From Escherichia coli (GTDB lineage: Bacteria > Pseudomonadota > Gammaproteobacteria > Enterobacterales > Enterobacteriaceae), in NCBI RefSeq assembly GCF_036507355.1, contig NZ_AP027877.1: a stretch of 64,000 nucleotides of DNA; one strand, written 5' to 3'. The notes beneath the pieces were generated by a model. That model saw nothing but the letters and a program-made list of their open reading frames with translations, was not told the DNA's origin and made no database searches. Of this stretch, positions 1 to 10,756 are shown piece by piece; positions within the stretch are counted from its first letter, which is position 1; every line of letters starts with the position of its first letter. Position numbers and translations under genes: made by a program.

Positions 1-1545
1 AACGGCTCGCCGCGTGCGCCGGTCGCGGGTGCGCTTCTTATCTGGGATAAAGGCGGTGAATTTAAAGACACTGGCCATGTCGCCATCATTACCCAATTAC
101 ATGGCAACAAAGTCCGTATTGCGGAACAGAACGTGATTCATTCCCCGTTGCCGCAAGGGCAACAGTGGACGCGCGAACTGGAGATGGTGGTCGAAAACGG
201 CTGCTATACCCTTAAAGATACTTTTGATGATACCACCATTCTGGGCTGGATGATCCAGACGGAAGATACTGAATACAGCTTACCGCAGCCGGAAATTGCA
301 GGCGAGCTGCTGAAAATCAGCGGAGCGCGCCTGGAAAACAAAGGCCAGTTTGACGGTAAATGGCTGGATGAAAAAGATCCGCTACAAAACGCCTATGTGC
401 AGGCCAACGGTCAGGTGATCAATCAGGATCCGTATCATTATTACACCATTACCGAGAGCGCCGAGCAGGAGCTGATTAAAGCCACCAACGAGCTGCACCT
501 GATGTATCTTCACGCAACCGACAAGGTGCTGAAAGATGACAACCTGCTGGCGCTGTTCGACATTCCGAAAATCCTCTGGCCACGTTTGCGTCTCTCCTGG
601 CAGCGTCGCCGTCACCATATGATCACCGGTCGTATGGATTTCTGCATGGATGAGCGTGGTCTGAAGGTTTACGAGTACAACGCCGACTCCGCCTCATGTC
701 ATACCGAAGCGGGCTTGATCCTCGAACGTTGGGCGGAGCAGGGCTATAAAGGCAACGGCTTCAATCCGGCGGAAGGGCTGATTAACGAACTGGCTGGTGC
801 CTGGAAACACAGTCGTGCACGTCCGTTTGTCCATATCATGCAGGACAAAGATATCGAGGAAAACTATCACGCGCAGTTTATGGAGCAGGCGCTGCACCAG
901 GCGGGCTTTGAAACGCGTATCTTGCGCGGGCTGGATGAACTGGGCTGGGATGCTGCCGGGCAACTGATTGATGGGGAAGGGCGACTGGTTAACTGCGTGT
1001 GGAAAACCTGGGCGTGGGAAACCGCGTTTGATCAGATTCGTGAAGTTAGCGACCGTGAGTTTGCTGCGGTGCCAATCCGTACCGGTCATCCGCAAAACGA
1101 AGTGCGTCTTATCGACGTATTGCTGCGCCCGGAAGTGCTGGTCTTTGAGCCGCTGTGGACGGTGATCCCCGGCAACAAAGCGATTCTGCCGATCCTCTGG
1201 TCGCTGTTCCCGCACCATCGTTACCTGCTGGATACCGATTTCACTGTTAATGATGAATTGGTGAAAACAGGTTACGCAGTGAAACCGATTGCCGGTCGCT
1301 GTGGTAGCAATATCGACCTGGTCAGCCATCATGAAGAGGTGCTGGACAAAACCAGCGGTAAATTTGCCGAGCAGAAAAACATCTATCAGCAACTGTGGTG
1401 TTTGCCGAAAGTGGACGGGAAATACATTCAGGTATGTACCTTCACCGTTGGCGGCAACTACGGTGGGACGTGTTTGCGCGGTGATGAATCACTGGTTATT
1501 AAAAAAGAGAGTGATATTGAACCGTTAATTGTGGTGAAAGAGTAA
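1..1545 (+). CDS. gss: Bifunctional glutathionylspermidine synthetase/amidase, 5'-partial (reading frame is open from nt 1; the ORF-track Met at 133 is internal)
   Basis: Frame 1 is open from position 1 and translates to ...GHVAIITQLHGNKVRIAEQNVIHSPLPQGQQW..., continuous with the 470-aa ORF. Matches recalled Gss sequence and the gss-pitB synteny. Confidence 0.9.
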   Translation, partial: NGSPRAPVAGALLIWDKGGEFKDTGHVAIITQLHGNKVRIAEQNVIHSPLPQGQQWTRELEMVVENGCYTLKDTFDDTTILGWMIQTEDTEYSLPQPEIAGELLKISGARLENKGQFDGKWLDEKDPLQNAYVQANGQVINQDPYHYYTITESAEQELIKATNELHLMYLHATDKVLKDDNLLALFDIPKILWPRLRLSWQRRRHHMITGRMDFCMDERGLKVYEYNADSASCHTEAGLILERWAEQGYKGNGFNPAEGLINELAGAWKHSRARPFVHIMQDKDIEENYHAQFMEQALHQAGFETRILRGLDELGWDAAGQLIDGEGRLVNCVWKTWAWETAFDQIREVSDREFAAVPIRTGHPQNEVRLIDVLLRPEVLVFEPLWTVIPGNKAILPILWSLFPHHRYLLDTDFTVNDELVKTGYAVKPIAGRCGSNIDLVSHHEEVLDKTSGKFAEQKNIYQQLWCLPKVDGKYIQVCTFTVGGNYGGTCLRGDESLVIKKESDIEPLIVVKE

Positions 1546-1558
1546 TACATGTTGTAGC

Positions 1559-1599
1559 AATCCCGTACTGATTATGAAGAATAGTCAGTACGGGGATTA
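1559..1599 (+). terminator. Inverted-repeat hairpin downstream of gss (possible terminator)
   Basis: cccgtactga (1562-1571) pairs with tcagtacggg (1585-1594); no clean T-run follows. Confidence 0.35.
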
Positions 1600-1836
1600 A
1601 TCAAAATATTCAATATTTATATATTCAAATATTTATTCATTTCATATGTGAATACATTAACCAGCAGAATGCCTGTGTTCTAATTATTTCTAAAGATTTT
1701 TAATGAATGCTTATTGTCTGATACACAAGAAATAACACTCTTTTTATCGTTAAAAAATGATATTTCACTTTGCCCACACCGTTAAAGTCACTGATAATGC
1801 GTCCGTTCGTAAATTCAAAATGGCGTAATCTAATAT

Positions 1837-3336
1837 ATGCTAAATTTATTTGTTGGCCTTGATATATACACAGGGCTTTTGTTATTACTTGCTCTGGCAT
1901 TTGTGTTGTTCTACGAAGCAATCAATGGTTTTCATGACACGGCGAATGCGGTGGCAACCGTTATTTATACTCGTGCCATGCAGCCACAGCTTGCCGTGGT
2001 GATGGCGGCATTTTTTAACTTTTTTGGCGTGTTATTGGGCGGACTTAGCGTTGCCTATGCCATTGTCCATATGTTGCCAACCGATTTGTTGCTGAATATG
2101 GGGTCAACCCACGGCCTGGCGATGGTCTTTTCCATGCTGCTGGCGGCGATTATCTGGAACCTGGGAACGTGGTTCTTCGGTTTACCGGCCTCCAGTTCGC
2201 ACACCTTGATTGGTGCGATTATCGGCATCGGTTTAACCAACGCGCTGTTAACCGGCTCATCGGTGATGGATGCGTTAAACCTGCGTGAAGTGACCAAAAT
2301 TTTCTCCTCGCTGATTGTTTCCCCTATCATCGGCCTGGTCATTGCGGGAGGCCTGATATTCCTGCTGCGCCGTTTCTGGAGCGGAACGAAAAAGCGTGAC
2401 CGTATTCACCGCATTCCGGAAGATCGCAAAAAGAAAAAAGGCAAACGTAAGCCGCCATTCTGGACGCGTATTGCGCTGATTGTTTCCGCTGCGGGCGTGG
2501 CGTTTTCGCACGGCGCTAACGACGGGCAGAAAGGGATCGGCCTGGTGATGCTGGTACTGGTGGGGATTGCCCCTGCTGGCTTCGTCGTCAATATGAACGC
2601 GTCCGGCTATGAAATTACCCGTACCCGCGATGCCGTTACCAACTTCGAACACTACCTGCAACAGCATCCTGAACTGCCGCAGAAGTTGATTGCGATGGAA
2701 CCTCCATTGCCTGCGGCATCGTCTGATGGCATGCAAGTAACGGAGTTTCACTGTCATCCGGCAAATACCTTTGATGCGATTGCGCGCGTTAAAACGATGC
2801 TGCCAGGCAATATGGAAAGTTACGAGCCGTTAAGCGTGAGTCAGCGCAGCCAGCTGCGCCGCATTATGCTGTGCATCTCTGATACCTCCGCGAAGCTGGC
2901 GAAACTGCCAGGCGTCAGTAAAGAAGACCAGAACCTGCTGAAAAAACTTCGCAGCGATATGTTAAGCACCATTGAGTACGCTCCGGTGTGGATCATCATG
3001 GCAGTAGCACTGGCGCTCGGCATTGGCACCATGATTGGCTGGCGTCGTGTTGCGATGACCATCGGTGAGAAGATTGGTAAGCGCGGCATGACGTATGCGC
3101 AAGGCATGGCGGCACAAATGACGGCGGCAGTGTCTATCGGTCTTGCCAGTTATATTGGGATGCCCGTCTCCACAACACACGTCCTCTCGTCTGCAGTTGC
3201 AGGGACGATGGTGGTGGACGGCGGTGGGTTACAGCGTAAAACGGTAACCAGCATCCTGATGGCGTGGGTATTTACTTTACCGGCGGCGATTTTTCTTTCT
3301 GGTGGGCTGTACTGGATAGCATTGCAGTTGATTTAA
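1837..3336 (+). CDS. pitB: Low-affinity inorganic phosphate transporter PitB
   Basis: 499-aa polytopic membrane protein, [17 protein letters not shown]... N-terminus; length and synteny next to gss match PitB. Confidence 0.9.
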   Translation: MLNLFVGLDIYTGLLLLLALAFVLFYEAINGFHDTANAVATVIYTRAMQPQLAVVMAAFFNFFGVLLGGLSVAYAIVHMLPTDLLLNMGSTHGLAMVFSMLLAAIIWNLGTWFFGLPASSSHTLIGAIIGIGLTNALLTGSSVMDALNLREVTKIFSSLIVSPIIGLVIAGGLIFLLRRFWSGTKKRDRIHRIPEDRKKKKGKRKPPFWTRIALIVSAAGVAFSHGANDGQKGIGLVMLVLVGIAPAGFVVNMNASGYEITRTRDAVTNFEHYLQQHPELPQKLIAMEPPLPAASSDGMQVTEFHCHPANTFDAIARVKTMLPGNMESYEPLSVSQRSQLRRIMLCISDTSAKLAKLPGVSKEDQNLLKKLRSDMLSTIEYAPVWIIMAVALALGIGTMIGWRRVAMTIGEKIGKRGMTYAQGMAAQMTAAVSIGLASYIGMPVSTTHVLSSAVAGTMVVDGGGLQRKTVTSILMAWVFTLPAAIFLSGGLYWIALQLI

Positions 3337-3344
3337 CCTTCCTG

Positions 3345-3382
3345 AAAATGCCCGGTCCTGGCGATCGGGCATTTCCATTTTT
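3345..3382. terminator. Bidirectional rho-independent terminator between convergent pitB and yghT
   Basis: gaaaatgcccg ... cgggcatttcc stem followed by a T-run (ccattttt). Confidence 0.5.
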
Positions 3383-3384
3383 GG

Positions 3385-4077
3385 CTAGTGATAACCACGC
3401 GCGGTCATAAAATCCGTAATCGCTTTTTCTGCATCAACCAACACCTGTTCCAGTGGCTGATTGGCATCGATATCAACCAGTTGTGCACCACCAAAGGTTA
3501 ACTGTGGCGTTATGGCAATCTTCCTCGCCAGCGATTCCCGTTTATGGTCGGGTTTACGCATGCAGGCAACTTCAAGGTCAACATTGAGTTTGATGACCAG
3601 ATCAGGCTTATGGCTCGCCATCCAGTGAAACGCTTTACGTTCCTGGCTTGCCAGCCATGAGACAAAACGACCACCTTCAACGTTAGGTGGGAACACCGTA
3701 CCATCGTAAGCGCCAGGAATTTGGTCCTGAGGATAACGGTCGGTTAGAACAATTAACCCGCGACGACGACAGGCAAGCATATGACGAAAGCGCAGTAAGC
3801 GACGGGCGACAAACGCTGTAATTACCAGCGCCGGAACTGGTCCAGGCAATTTTTTTGCTGTTTTCACCTGATTTCGTTCAATTGTTTTATGTAAGGATTT
3901 TCCCATCAACGGTAATTTTGTCACTGCACGACCGACATTTCCGGCCTGTTTTCCTAAATGAACTCTTTCGGCAGCACCATATTTTTCGACAACGGTAATG
4001 AGATGTTCACACACCGTTGACTTGCCTGAACCATCGCTACCAATAACGGCAATTAATGGAGGTGTTATTGACTGCAT
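3385..4077 (-). CDS. yghT: P-loop ATP-binding protein YghT (predicted kinase-like)
   Basis: 230-aa ORF with Walker [12 protein letters not shown]; paralogous to the two following genes; K-12 synteny. Confidence 0.8.
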   Translation of the reverse strand: MQSITPPLIAVIGSDGSGKSTVCEHLITVVEKYGAAERVHLGKQAGNVGRAVTKLPLMGKSLHKTIERNQVKTAKKLPGPVPALVITAFVARRLLRFRHMLACRRRGLIVLTDRYPQDQIPGAYDGTVFPPNVEGGRFVSWLASQERKAFHWMASHKPDLVIKLNVDLEVACMRKPDHKRESLARKIAITPQLTFGGAQLVDIDANQPLEQVLVDAEKAITDFMTARGYH

Positions 4078-4250
4078 GAATATATCCTTTAATTTAAATA
4101 TCCATTAAAAATATTTATTTGGTTAATATGTTTTTATGAAAGCGTAATTCAGGTCAATGTCACAATTAACCATTGTCACAATAAGGTTGAACGGATATTC
4201 TGAGCACGGACCACGTAATATTCAATACATTATTTGCTGCCGGGTTTTTC

Positions 4251-4964
4251 GTGAATCAACGTAATATGTCAATAATTAATTCCACGCCAGTGCGTGTTAT
4301 TGCCATTGTAGGATGTGATGGTTCAGGTAAATCGACCCTCACGGCAAGCCTGGTAAATGAACTGGCAGCAAGAATACCAGCAGAACACATTTATCTCGGG
4401 CAATCGTCCGGGCGAATTGGCGAATGGATTTCACAGCTCCCTGTTATTGGCGCACCTTTTGGGCGTTATCTGCGAAGTAAAGCGGCACATGTGCACGAAA
4501 AGCCCTCAACACCGCCTGGCAATATTACTGCGCTGGTTATCTATCTGCTTTCCTGCTGGCGGGCGTACAAGTTTCGCAAAATGTTGTGTAGAAGCCAGCA
4601 AGGCCATCTGCTCATCACCGACCGCTACCCGCAGGTTGAAGTGCCGGGTTTTCGCTTTGATGGCCCGCAATTGGCAAAAACCACGGGCGGTAACGGTTGG
4701 ATAAAAATGTTAAGGCAGCGCGAGTTGAAGCTGTACCAATGGATGGCGTCTTATTTACCCGTATTGTTGATTCGTCTTGGCATTGATGAACAAACCGCGT
4801 TTGCGCGTAAACCTGACCACCAACTGGCAGCGTTACAGGAAAAAATCGCCGTTACGCCGCAACTGACATTCAATGGCGCAAAGATCCTTGAACTGGATGG
4901 TCGGCAACCAGCCGATGAAATTCTGCAAGCGTCACTACGCGCAATTCACGCCGCGCTTTCCTGA
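4251..4964 (+). CDS. yghS: P-loop ATP-binding protein YghS
   Basis: 237-aa ORF with Walker A IVGCDGSGKST and a shared ITDRYPQ motif. Confidence 0.8.
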   Translation: MNQRNMSIINSTPVRVIAIVGCDGSGKSTLTASLVNELAARIPAEHIYLGQSSGRIGEWISQLPVIGAPFGRYLRSKAAHVHEKPSTPPGNITALVIYLLSCWRAYKFRKMLCRSQQGHLLITDRYPQVEVPGFRFDGPQLAKTTGGNGWIKMLRQRELKLYQWMASYLPVLLIRLGIDEQTAFARKPDHQLAALQEKIAVTPQLTFNGAKILELDGRQPADEILQASLRAIHAALS

Positions 4965-4995
4965 TCACCAAAATGGATAGGGGATGATTTAACGA

Positions 4996-5754
4996 ATGGA
5001 TGCACTACAAACACAAACTGTTATTAGTACAACCGCGCCGCAGCCCAACTACATTCCGGGGCTGATTGCGGTGGTCGGGTGTGATGGCACCGGTAAATCC
5101 ACACTGACCACCGACCTGGTGAAATCGCTGCAACAACACTGGCAAACCGAGCGGCGCTATCTGGGGCTGCTCTCCGGCGAAGACGGCGACAAAATCAAAC
5201 GATTGCCGTTGGTTGGCGTCTGGCTGGAACGGCGACTGGCGGCCAAATCCTCGAAAACCCAAAGCATGAAAACCAAATCTCCGGCGCTATGGGCGGCGGT
5301 GATTATGTACTGCTTCTCGCTGCGAAGAATGGCGAATCTACGCAAGGTTCAGCGACTGGCGCAAAGTGGCGTTCTGGTGGTCAGCGATCGCTTCCCGCAG
5401 GCTGAAATTTCGGGCTTTTATTATGATGGACCGGGGATTGGCGTCGAACGTGCGACCGGGAAAATAAGCATGTTTCTGGCGCAGCGCGAACGGCGTTTAT
5501 ACCAACAAATGGCGCAATATCGCCCGGAATTAATTATTCGCTTGGGCATTGATATTGAGACTGCCATCTCCCGCAAGCCTGACCATGACTATGCCGAGCT
5601 GCAGGACAAAATCGGTGTTATGTCGACGATTGGCTATAACGGCACAAAAATTCTTGAGATTGATTCCAGAGCGCCCTACAGCGAAGTGCTGGAACAGGCA
5701 CAGAAGGCGGTTTCTCTGGTTGCCATCGTTTCTGACCGCCGAAGTTTAACTTAA
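4996..5754 (+). CDS. yghR: P-loop ATP-binding protein YghR
   Basis: 252-aa ORF with Walker A VVGCDGTGKST and a shared VSDRFPQ motif. Confidence 0.8.
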   Translation: MDALQTQTVISTTAPQPNYIPGLIAVVGCDGTGKSTLTTDLVKSLQQHWQTERRYLGLLSGEDGDKIKRLPLVGVWLERRLAAKSSKTQSMKTKSPALWAAVIMYCFSLRRMANLRKVQRLAQSGVLVVSDRFPQAEISGFYYDGPGIGVERATGKISMFLAQRERRLYQQMAQYRPELIIRLGIDIETAISRKPDHDYAELQDKIGVMSTIGYNGTKILEIDSRAPYSEVLEQAQKAVSLVAIVSDRRSLT

Positions 5755-5799
5755 GGCTGGCGGGATACTTTTTACTATCAACGATAAGGTCAGGCTGAA

Positions 5800-7149
5800 T
5801 TGGCGGGTTTTAACATCAAACATTGGTTTGCAGATGGCGCGTTTCGCACCATTATTCGCAATAGCGCCTGGTTAGGCTCCAGTAATGTCGTGAGCGCCTT
5901 GCTGGGTCTGTTGGCGCTCTCGTGTGCCGGTAAAGGGATGACGCCCGCCATGTTTGGCGTACTGGTGATTGTGCAATCGTACGCCAAGTCGATCAGCGAT
6001 TTTATTAAGTTTCAGACATGGCAGCTGGTGGTTCAGTACGGAACACCAGCATTAACCAACAATAATCCGCAGCAATTTCGCAATGTCGTCTCATTTTCCT
6101 TCTCGCTGGATATCGTCAGCGGCGCGGTGGCGATTGTCGGCGGCATTGCCTTACTGCCATTCCTTTCCCATTCATTAGGTCTGGATGACCAAAGCTTTTG
6201 GCTGGCGGCGCTGTATTGCACGTTCATTCCTTCAATGGCTTCCTCCACGCCGACCGGCATTCTGCGTGCGGTAGATCGCTTTGATTTGATTGCTGTACAG
6301 CAGGCGACGAAACCTTTTCTGCGCGCAGCGGGGAGCGTCGCAGCCTGGTATTTTGACTTTGGTTTTGCGGGTTTTGTTATTGCCTGGTACGTGTCGAATC
6401 TGGTTGGCGGCACCATGTACTGGTGGTTTGCCGCGCACGAATTACGCCGCAGAAATATCCATAACGCCTTCAAATTGAATCTGTTTGAGTCTGCCCGACA
6501 CATTAAAGGCGCGTGGAGTTTTGTCTGGTCAACCAACATTGCCCACTCCATCTGGTCGGCGCGTAACTCGTGCAGCACAGTGTTGGTGGGGATCGTGTTA
6601 GGACCCGCTGCCGCCGGGTTATTTAAAATCGCCATGACATTCTTCGATGCCGCCGGAACGCCAGCGGGTTTGCTGGGTAAAAGTTTTTACCCAGAGGTGA
6701 TGCGTTTAGATCCGCGCACCACCAGACCGTGGTTGTTAGGCGTGAAGTCCGGTTTACTGGCGGGCGGAATCGGTATTCTGGTGGCGCTCGCGGTGTTGAT
6801 CGTCGGCAAGCCGCTCATTTCGCTGGTGTTTGGCGTTAAGTATCTCGAAGCGTATGACCTGATTCAGGTGATGCTGGGCGCAATTGTGATCTCGATGCTG
6901 GGTTTCCCGCAGGAGTCATTGCTATTGATGGCGGGAAAACAGCGCGCTTTTCTCGTGGCGCAAACCATCGCCTCAATCGGCTACATCGTATTGCTGTTCA
7001 TGTTCTGTCATCTGTTTGGTGTGCTGGGAGCAGCGTTTGCTTACTTCGGTGGGCAATGTCTGGACGTGGCGCTCTCGTTAATTCCAACCTTAAAGGCATT
7101 TTTTCAGCGCCATTCCTTGCTTTATAACGCAGCCGGAGAGAAATCCTGA
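5800..7149 (+). CDS. yghQ: Putative polysaccharide/lipid flippase of the MOP superfamily (YghQ); start uncertain, the ORF-track start at 5800 is TTG and an internal ATG lies at about 5938
   Basis: Long multi-pass hydrophobic ORF in the position of yghQ. Confidence 0.7.
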   Translation: MAGFNIKHWFADGAFRTIIRNSAWLGSSNVVSALLGLLALSCAGKGMTPAMFGVLVIVQSYAKSISDFIKFQTWQLVVQYGTPALTNNNPQQFRNVVSFSFSLDIVSGAVAIVGGIALLPFLSHSLGLDDQSFWLAALYCTFIPSMASSTPTGILRAVDRFDLIAVQQATKPFLRAAGSVAAWYFDFGFAGFVIAWYVSNLVGGTMYWWFAAHELRRRNIHNAFKLNLFESARHIKGAWSFVWSTNIAHSIWSARNSCSTVLVGIVLGPAAAGLFKIAMTFFDAAGTPAGLLGKSFYPEVMRLDPRTTRPWLLGVKSGLLAGGIGILVALAVLIVGKPLISLVFGVKYLEAYDLIQVMLGAIVISMLGFPQESLLLMAGKQRAFLVAQTIASIGYIVLLFMFCHLFGVLGAAFAYFGGQCLDVALSLIPTLKAFFQRHSLLYNAAGEKS

Positions 7150-7973
7150 TGATGAGAAAATATTTCCCGCTTGAGGCGAGCGAGCATCTATTTGTTGCGA
7201 TTGAGGAAGATGATGTTGTTGATGCCCAGGTCAGTTTGCCGCCGACTATCGCACTAAGTTGTACCACCGAAATCATCCATGATAATTACGCGTTATGCCT
7301 GCAATTCTGGCTCAATGGCGTTGATCGTCAGGAATTACTTCGTTTAATTCGCAAACAAGCCAAAGGCGATGAGCTGACGACAGACGAGCGTAAACAGTTT
7401 AAATACATGCGAGCGCGCTACAAGCATCTACGTTTTGCACAACGGCTGTATTTAAAAAAGCATCAGGCCAGATTTTTATTCGGCAAAACGACCGTTTTTC
7501 TGGGACGTTTTCAGGACGGATTTCGTAACGGTAAGAAAAATATTGTGTCGTATTACGGCAACCTGTTACGAATTTATTTAAGCTCTCCGGTCTGGTCGTT
7601 GGTGAACTATTCATTACGCCATAGCCAGTTAGAAAGCGTAAGCGGTTTTATTGCCTATCGGCAAAAGCAAATGCATACCCTGAAAGAGATTATTGCCAAA
7701 CCGCGACTAACCGGCAGGGAATTTCATGATGTGCGAAAAATCATCAGCCAGCAGGTTTCTTATTACGACACCTTAAGATCGCTTGATCCTGAAAATAAAG
7801 AGGCGTTACAGATTTCCCGTTTCCTCGCCGCCATTAATGGCCTGATGGGGGATCAACACGACGACATGGTGGCGGATGATATGGAAAACCGCCAGTCGTA
7901 TGATGCACCGGTGGCGCTGGATAGCGATATTCGCCAGCGCTTAGAGCTGCTGATTTCGCGTTTTCCGCTATAA
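7149..7973 (+). CDS. Hypothetical protein (274 aa), translationally coupled to yghQ
   Basis: ATG overlaps the yghQ stop (tgATGatg); no family recognised. Confidence 0.55.
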   Translation: MMRKYFPLEASEHLFVAIEEDDVVDAQVSLPPTIALSCTTEIIHDNYALCLQFWLNGVDRQELLRLIRKQAKGDELTTDERKQFKYMRARYKHLRFAQRLYLKKHQARFLFGKTTVFLGRFQDGFRNGKKNIVSYYGNLLRIYLSSPVWSLVNYSLRHSQLESVSGFIAYRQKQMHTLKEIIAKPRLTGREFHDVRKIISQQVSYYDTLRSLDPENKEALQISRFLAAINGLMGDQHDDMVADDMENRQSYDAPVALDSDIRQRLELLISRFPL

Positions 7974-7981
7974 CCGGAGCA

Positions 7982-8545
7982 ATGATGTCATCTCGTTTGA
8001 TTATTGCGCTGATTATCATGCTCTTAGCCCCGGGTGTGCAGGCACACAATTTCGTCACTGGCAAAACGGTTACCCCTGTTTATATTCAGGAAGGCGGCGA
8101 GCTGCTTCTGAATAGCGACGACGAAATTCACTACCAAAAGTGGAACAGCACACAATTGGCGGGAAAAGTCCGAATTATCCAGTATATCGCCGGGCGTAAG
8201 TCGGCGAAGAAAAAGAACTCACTGTTAATTAAAGCGGTTGAAGCGGCAAACTTTCCGCAGGATCGTTTTCAGCCCACCACCATTGTGAACACCGATGATG
8301 CCATCTTTGGTACTGGCTATTTTGTTGTTGGCAAAATCGAAAAAAATAAACGCCACTATCCGTGGGCGCAATTCGTTATTGACGGCAATGGACAGGGACG
8401 CGTTGCCTGGCGCTTGCCGGAGCAGAGTTCAACCATTCTGGTGCTGAATAAAGCCGGGCAAATTCAGTGGGCAAAGGACGGCAGCCTGACGCCGGAAGAG
8501 GTAGATCATGTTATTGCGCTGGCGCAGAAACTGATCAATGAATAA
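7982..8545 (+). CDS. YtfJ-family periplasmic protein (signal peptide)
   Basis: N-terminal signal peptide MMSSRLIIALIIMLLAPGVQA; motifs WNSTQLAGKVRIIQYIAGR and TTIVNTDDAI resemble recalled YtfJ. Confidence 0.55.
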   Translation: MMSSRLIIALIIMLLAPGVQAHNFVTGKTVTPVYIQEGGELLLNSDDEIHYQKWNSTQLAGKVRIIQYIAGRKSAKKKNSLLIKAVEAANFPQDRFQPTTIVNTDDAIFGTGYFVVGKIEKNKRHYPWAQFVIDGNGQGRVAWRLPEQSSTILVLNKAGQIQWAKDGSLTPEEVDHVIALAQKLINE

Positions 8546-8575
8546 AAAATTCAAAGGATTGAGGGCGTTAGTGAG

Positions 8576-9646
8576 ATGAAGCTGGTTGAACACTACATCA
8601 TGCGTGGTACGCGCCGTCTGGTGCTGATTATCGTCGGTTTTCTGATCTTTATTTTCGCCAGCTACTCCGCACAGCGTTATCTGACCGAAGCGGCAAATGG
8701 GACATTAGCTCTTGATGTTGTGCTGGATATCGTTTTCTACAAAGTGCTGATTGCACTGGAGATGTTGTTACCTGTTGGTCTGTATGTGTCAGTTGGCGTG
8801 ACGCTAGGGCAGATGTATACCGACTCGGAAATTACCGCTATCTCTGCGGCGGGGGGCAGTCCGGGACGCTTGTACAAAGCCGTTCTTTATCTGGCGATAC
8901 CGCTAAGTATTTTTGTCACCCTTCTGTCGATGTATGGTCGTCCGTGGGCTTATGCGCAGATTTATCAACTGGAGCAGCAGTCGCAGTCGGAGCTGGATGT
9001 TCGCCAGTTGCGGGCAAAGAAATTTAACACTAACGATAACGGACGAATGATCCTTTCGCAGACGGTTGATCAGGATAATAATCGCCTGACTGACGCGCTG
9101 ATTTATACTTCTACTGCCAATCGAACCCGCATTTTCCGCGCCCGTTCGGTTGATGTGGTTGACCCATCACCCGAGAAACCGACCGTTATGTTGCACAACG
9201 GCACTGCCTATCTTCTCGATCATCAGGGGCGTGACGACAACGAACAGATCTACCGTAATCTGCAATTACATCTGAATCCGCTGGATCAAAGCCCTAACGT
9301 CAAACGCAAAGCGAAATCGGTCACGGAGCTGGCGCGCTCCGTCTTTCCAGCCGATCATGCCGAACTGCAATGGCGACAAAGCCGTGGCCTGACCGCATTG
9401 TTGATGGCGCTGCTGGCCATTTCATTAAGTCGGGTAAAACCGCGGCAAGGGCGATTTTCAACATTATTGCCACTGACGTTGCTGTTTATTGCCATTTTTT
9501 ATGGCGGCGACGTCTGCCGTACGCTGGTGGCTAACGGCGCGATTCCCCTCATTCCTGGTTTGTGGTTAGTACCCGGACTCATGCTAATGGGCCTGCTGAT
9601 GCTGGTCGCACGCGACTTCTCTTTGCTGCAGAAATTTTCCCGATGA
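8576..9646 (+). CDS. LptF/LptG-family (YjgP/YjgQ) permease paralog
   Basis: 356-aa membrane protein with the family's N-terminal pattern (HYIMRGTRRLVLIIVGFLIF) and a large periplasmic loop. Confidence 0.65.
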   Translation: MKLVEHYIMRGTRRLVLIIVGFLIFIFASYSAQRYLTEAANGTLALDVVLDIVFYKVLIALEMLLPVGLYVSVGVTLGQMYTDSEITAISAAGGSPGRLYKAVLYLAIPLSIFVTLLSMYGRPWAYAQIYQLEQQSQSELDVRQLRAKKFNTNDNGRMILSQTVDQDNNRLTDALIYTSTANRTRIFRARSVDVVDPSPEKPTVMLHNGTAYLLDHQGRDDNEQIYRNLQLHLNPLDQSPNVKRKAKSVTELARSVFPADHAELQWRQSRGLTALLMALLAISLSRVKPRQGRFSTLLPLTLLFIAIFYGGDVCRTLVANGAIPLIPGLWLVPGLMLMGLLMLVARDFSLLQKFSR

Positions 9647-10722
9647 ATGTTTTCAGTCGCTATTTAATCCGTCATCTCTTTCTCGGTTTTGCCGCCGCCG
9701 CAGGGCTATTGCTGCCGCTTTTTACCACCTTCAACCTGATTAACGAACTGGATGATGTCAGCCCGGGCGGTTATCGCTGGACTCAGGCGGTGCTGGTGGT
9801 GCTAATGACCTTACCGCGCACACTTGTCGAACTTTCGCCATTTATCGCCTTATTGGGAGGGATTGTCGGCCTGGGGCAGCTATCGAAAAACAGTGAGCTT
9901 ACCGCCATTCGCAGCACGGGGTTTTCTATCTTCCGTATTGCACTGGTGGCGCTGGTTGCCGGGATATTGTGGACTGTTTCGTTAGGCGCGATAGATGAGC
10001 GGGTAGCGTCGCCATTGCAGCAACAGGCGCTGCAAATCAAATCGACCGCCACCGCGTTGGGGGAGGACGATGACATTACCGGCAATATGCTGTGGGCCAG
10101 GCGCGGCAATGAATTTGTGACGGTGAAATCGCTGAATGAGCAGGGCCAGCCTGTGGGCGTGGAGATTTTTCATTATCGTGACGATCTCTCGCTCGAATCC
10201 TACATTTATGCACGCAGTGCCACCATTGAAGACGACAAAACGTGGATCCTGCATGGTGTGAATCATAAAAAATGGCTGAATGGCAAAGAAACGCTGGAAA
10301 CATTAGATAATCTTGCCTGGCAATCGGCCTTCACCAGTATGGATCTTGAAGAGCTATCGATGCCGGGGAATACTTTTTCTGTCCGTCAGCTTAATCATTA
10401 CATCCATTATTTGCAGGAAACCGGGCAACCCAGCAGCGAATACCGCCTTGCACTGTGGGAAAAACTGGGGCAACCCATCCTGACCCTGGCGATGATTTTG
10501 CTGGCTGTGCCGTTTACCTTTAGCGCCCCGCGCTCGCCAGGGATGGGTAGCCGTCTCGCTGTAGGCGTCATCGTTGGCTTACTCACCTGGATCAGCTATC
10601 AAATCATGGTCAATTTGGGATTGCTATTTGCGTTAAGCGCACCTGTTACCGCGCTCGGTTTACCGATAGCGTTTGTGCTGGTGGCGTTGAGCCTGGTGTA
10701 TTGGTATGACAGACAACATTAA
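9643..10722 (+). CDS. LptF/LptG-family (YjgP/YjgQ) permease paralog; start taken at MNVFSRYLIRHLF, overlapping the upstream stop by 4 nt
   Basis: N-terminus MNVFSRYLIRHLFLGF is typical of LptG-like proteins; ATGA overlap with the upstream gene. Confidence 0.65.
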   Translation: MNVFSRYLIRHLFLGFAAAAGLLLPLFTTFNLINELDDVSPGGYRWTQAVLVVLMTLPRTLVELSPFIALLGGIVGLGQLSKNSELTAIRSTGFSIFRIALVALVAGILWTVSLGAIDERVASPLQQQALQIKSTATALGEDDDITGNMLWARRGNEFVTVKSLNEQGQPVGVEIFHYRDDLSLESYIYARSATIEDDKTWILHGVNHKKWLNGKETLETLDNLAWQSAFTSMDLEELSMPGNTFSVRQLNHYIHYLQETGQPSSEYRLALWEKLGQPILTLAMILLAVPFTFSAPRSPGMGSRLAVGVIVGLLTWISYQIMVNLGLLFALSAPVTALGLPIAFVLVALSLVYWYDRQH

Positions 10723-10756
10723 ACCCGCCGTGGCGCAACACCACGGCGGGCTCACA

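Noticed and set aside
133-1545. ORF-track call of a 470-aa protein starting at Met 133
   Set aside because: The frame is open back to nt 1 and the upstream translation is the Gss amidase domain; the gene is 5'-truncated by the window, not initiated at 133.
9783-10303. Three overlapping minus-strand ORFs inside the second LptF/G-like permease gene
   Set aside because: Antisense to a membrane-protein gene with strong hydrophobic periodicity on the plus strand; no independent support.
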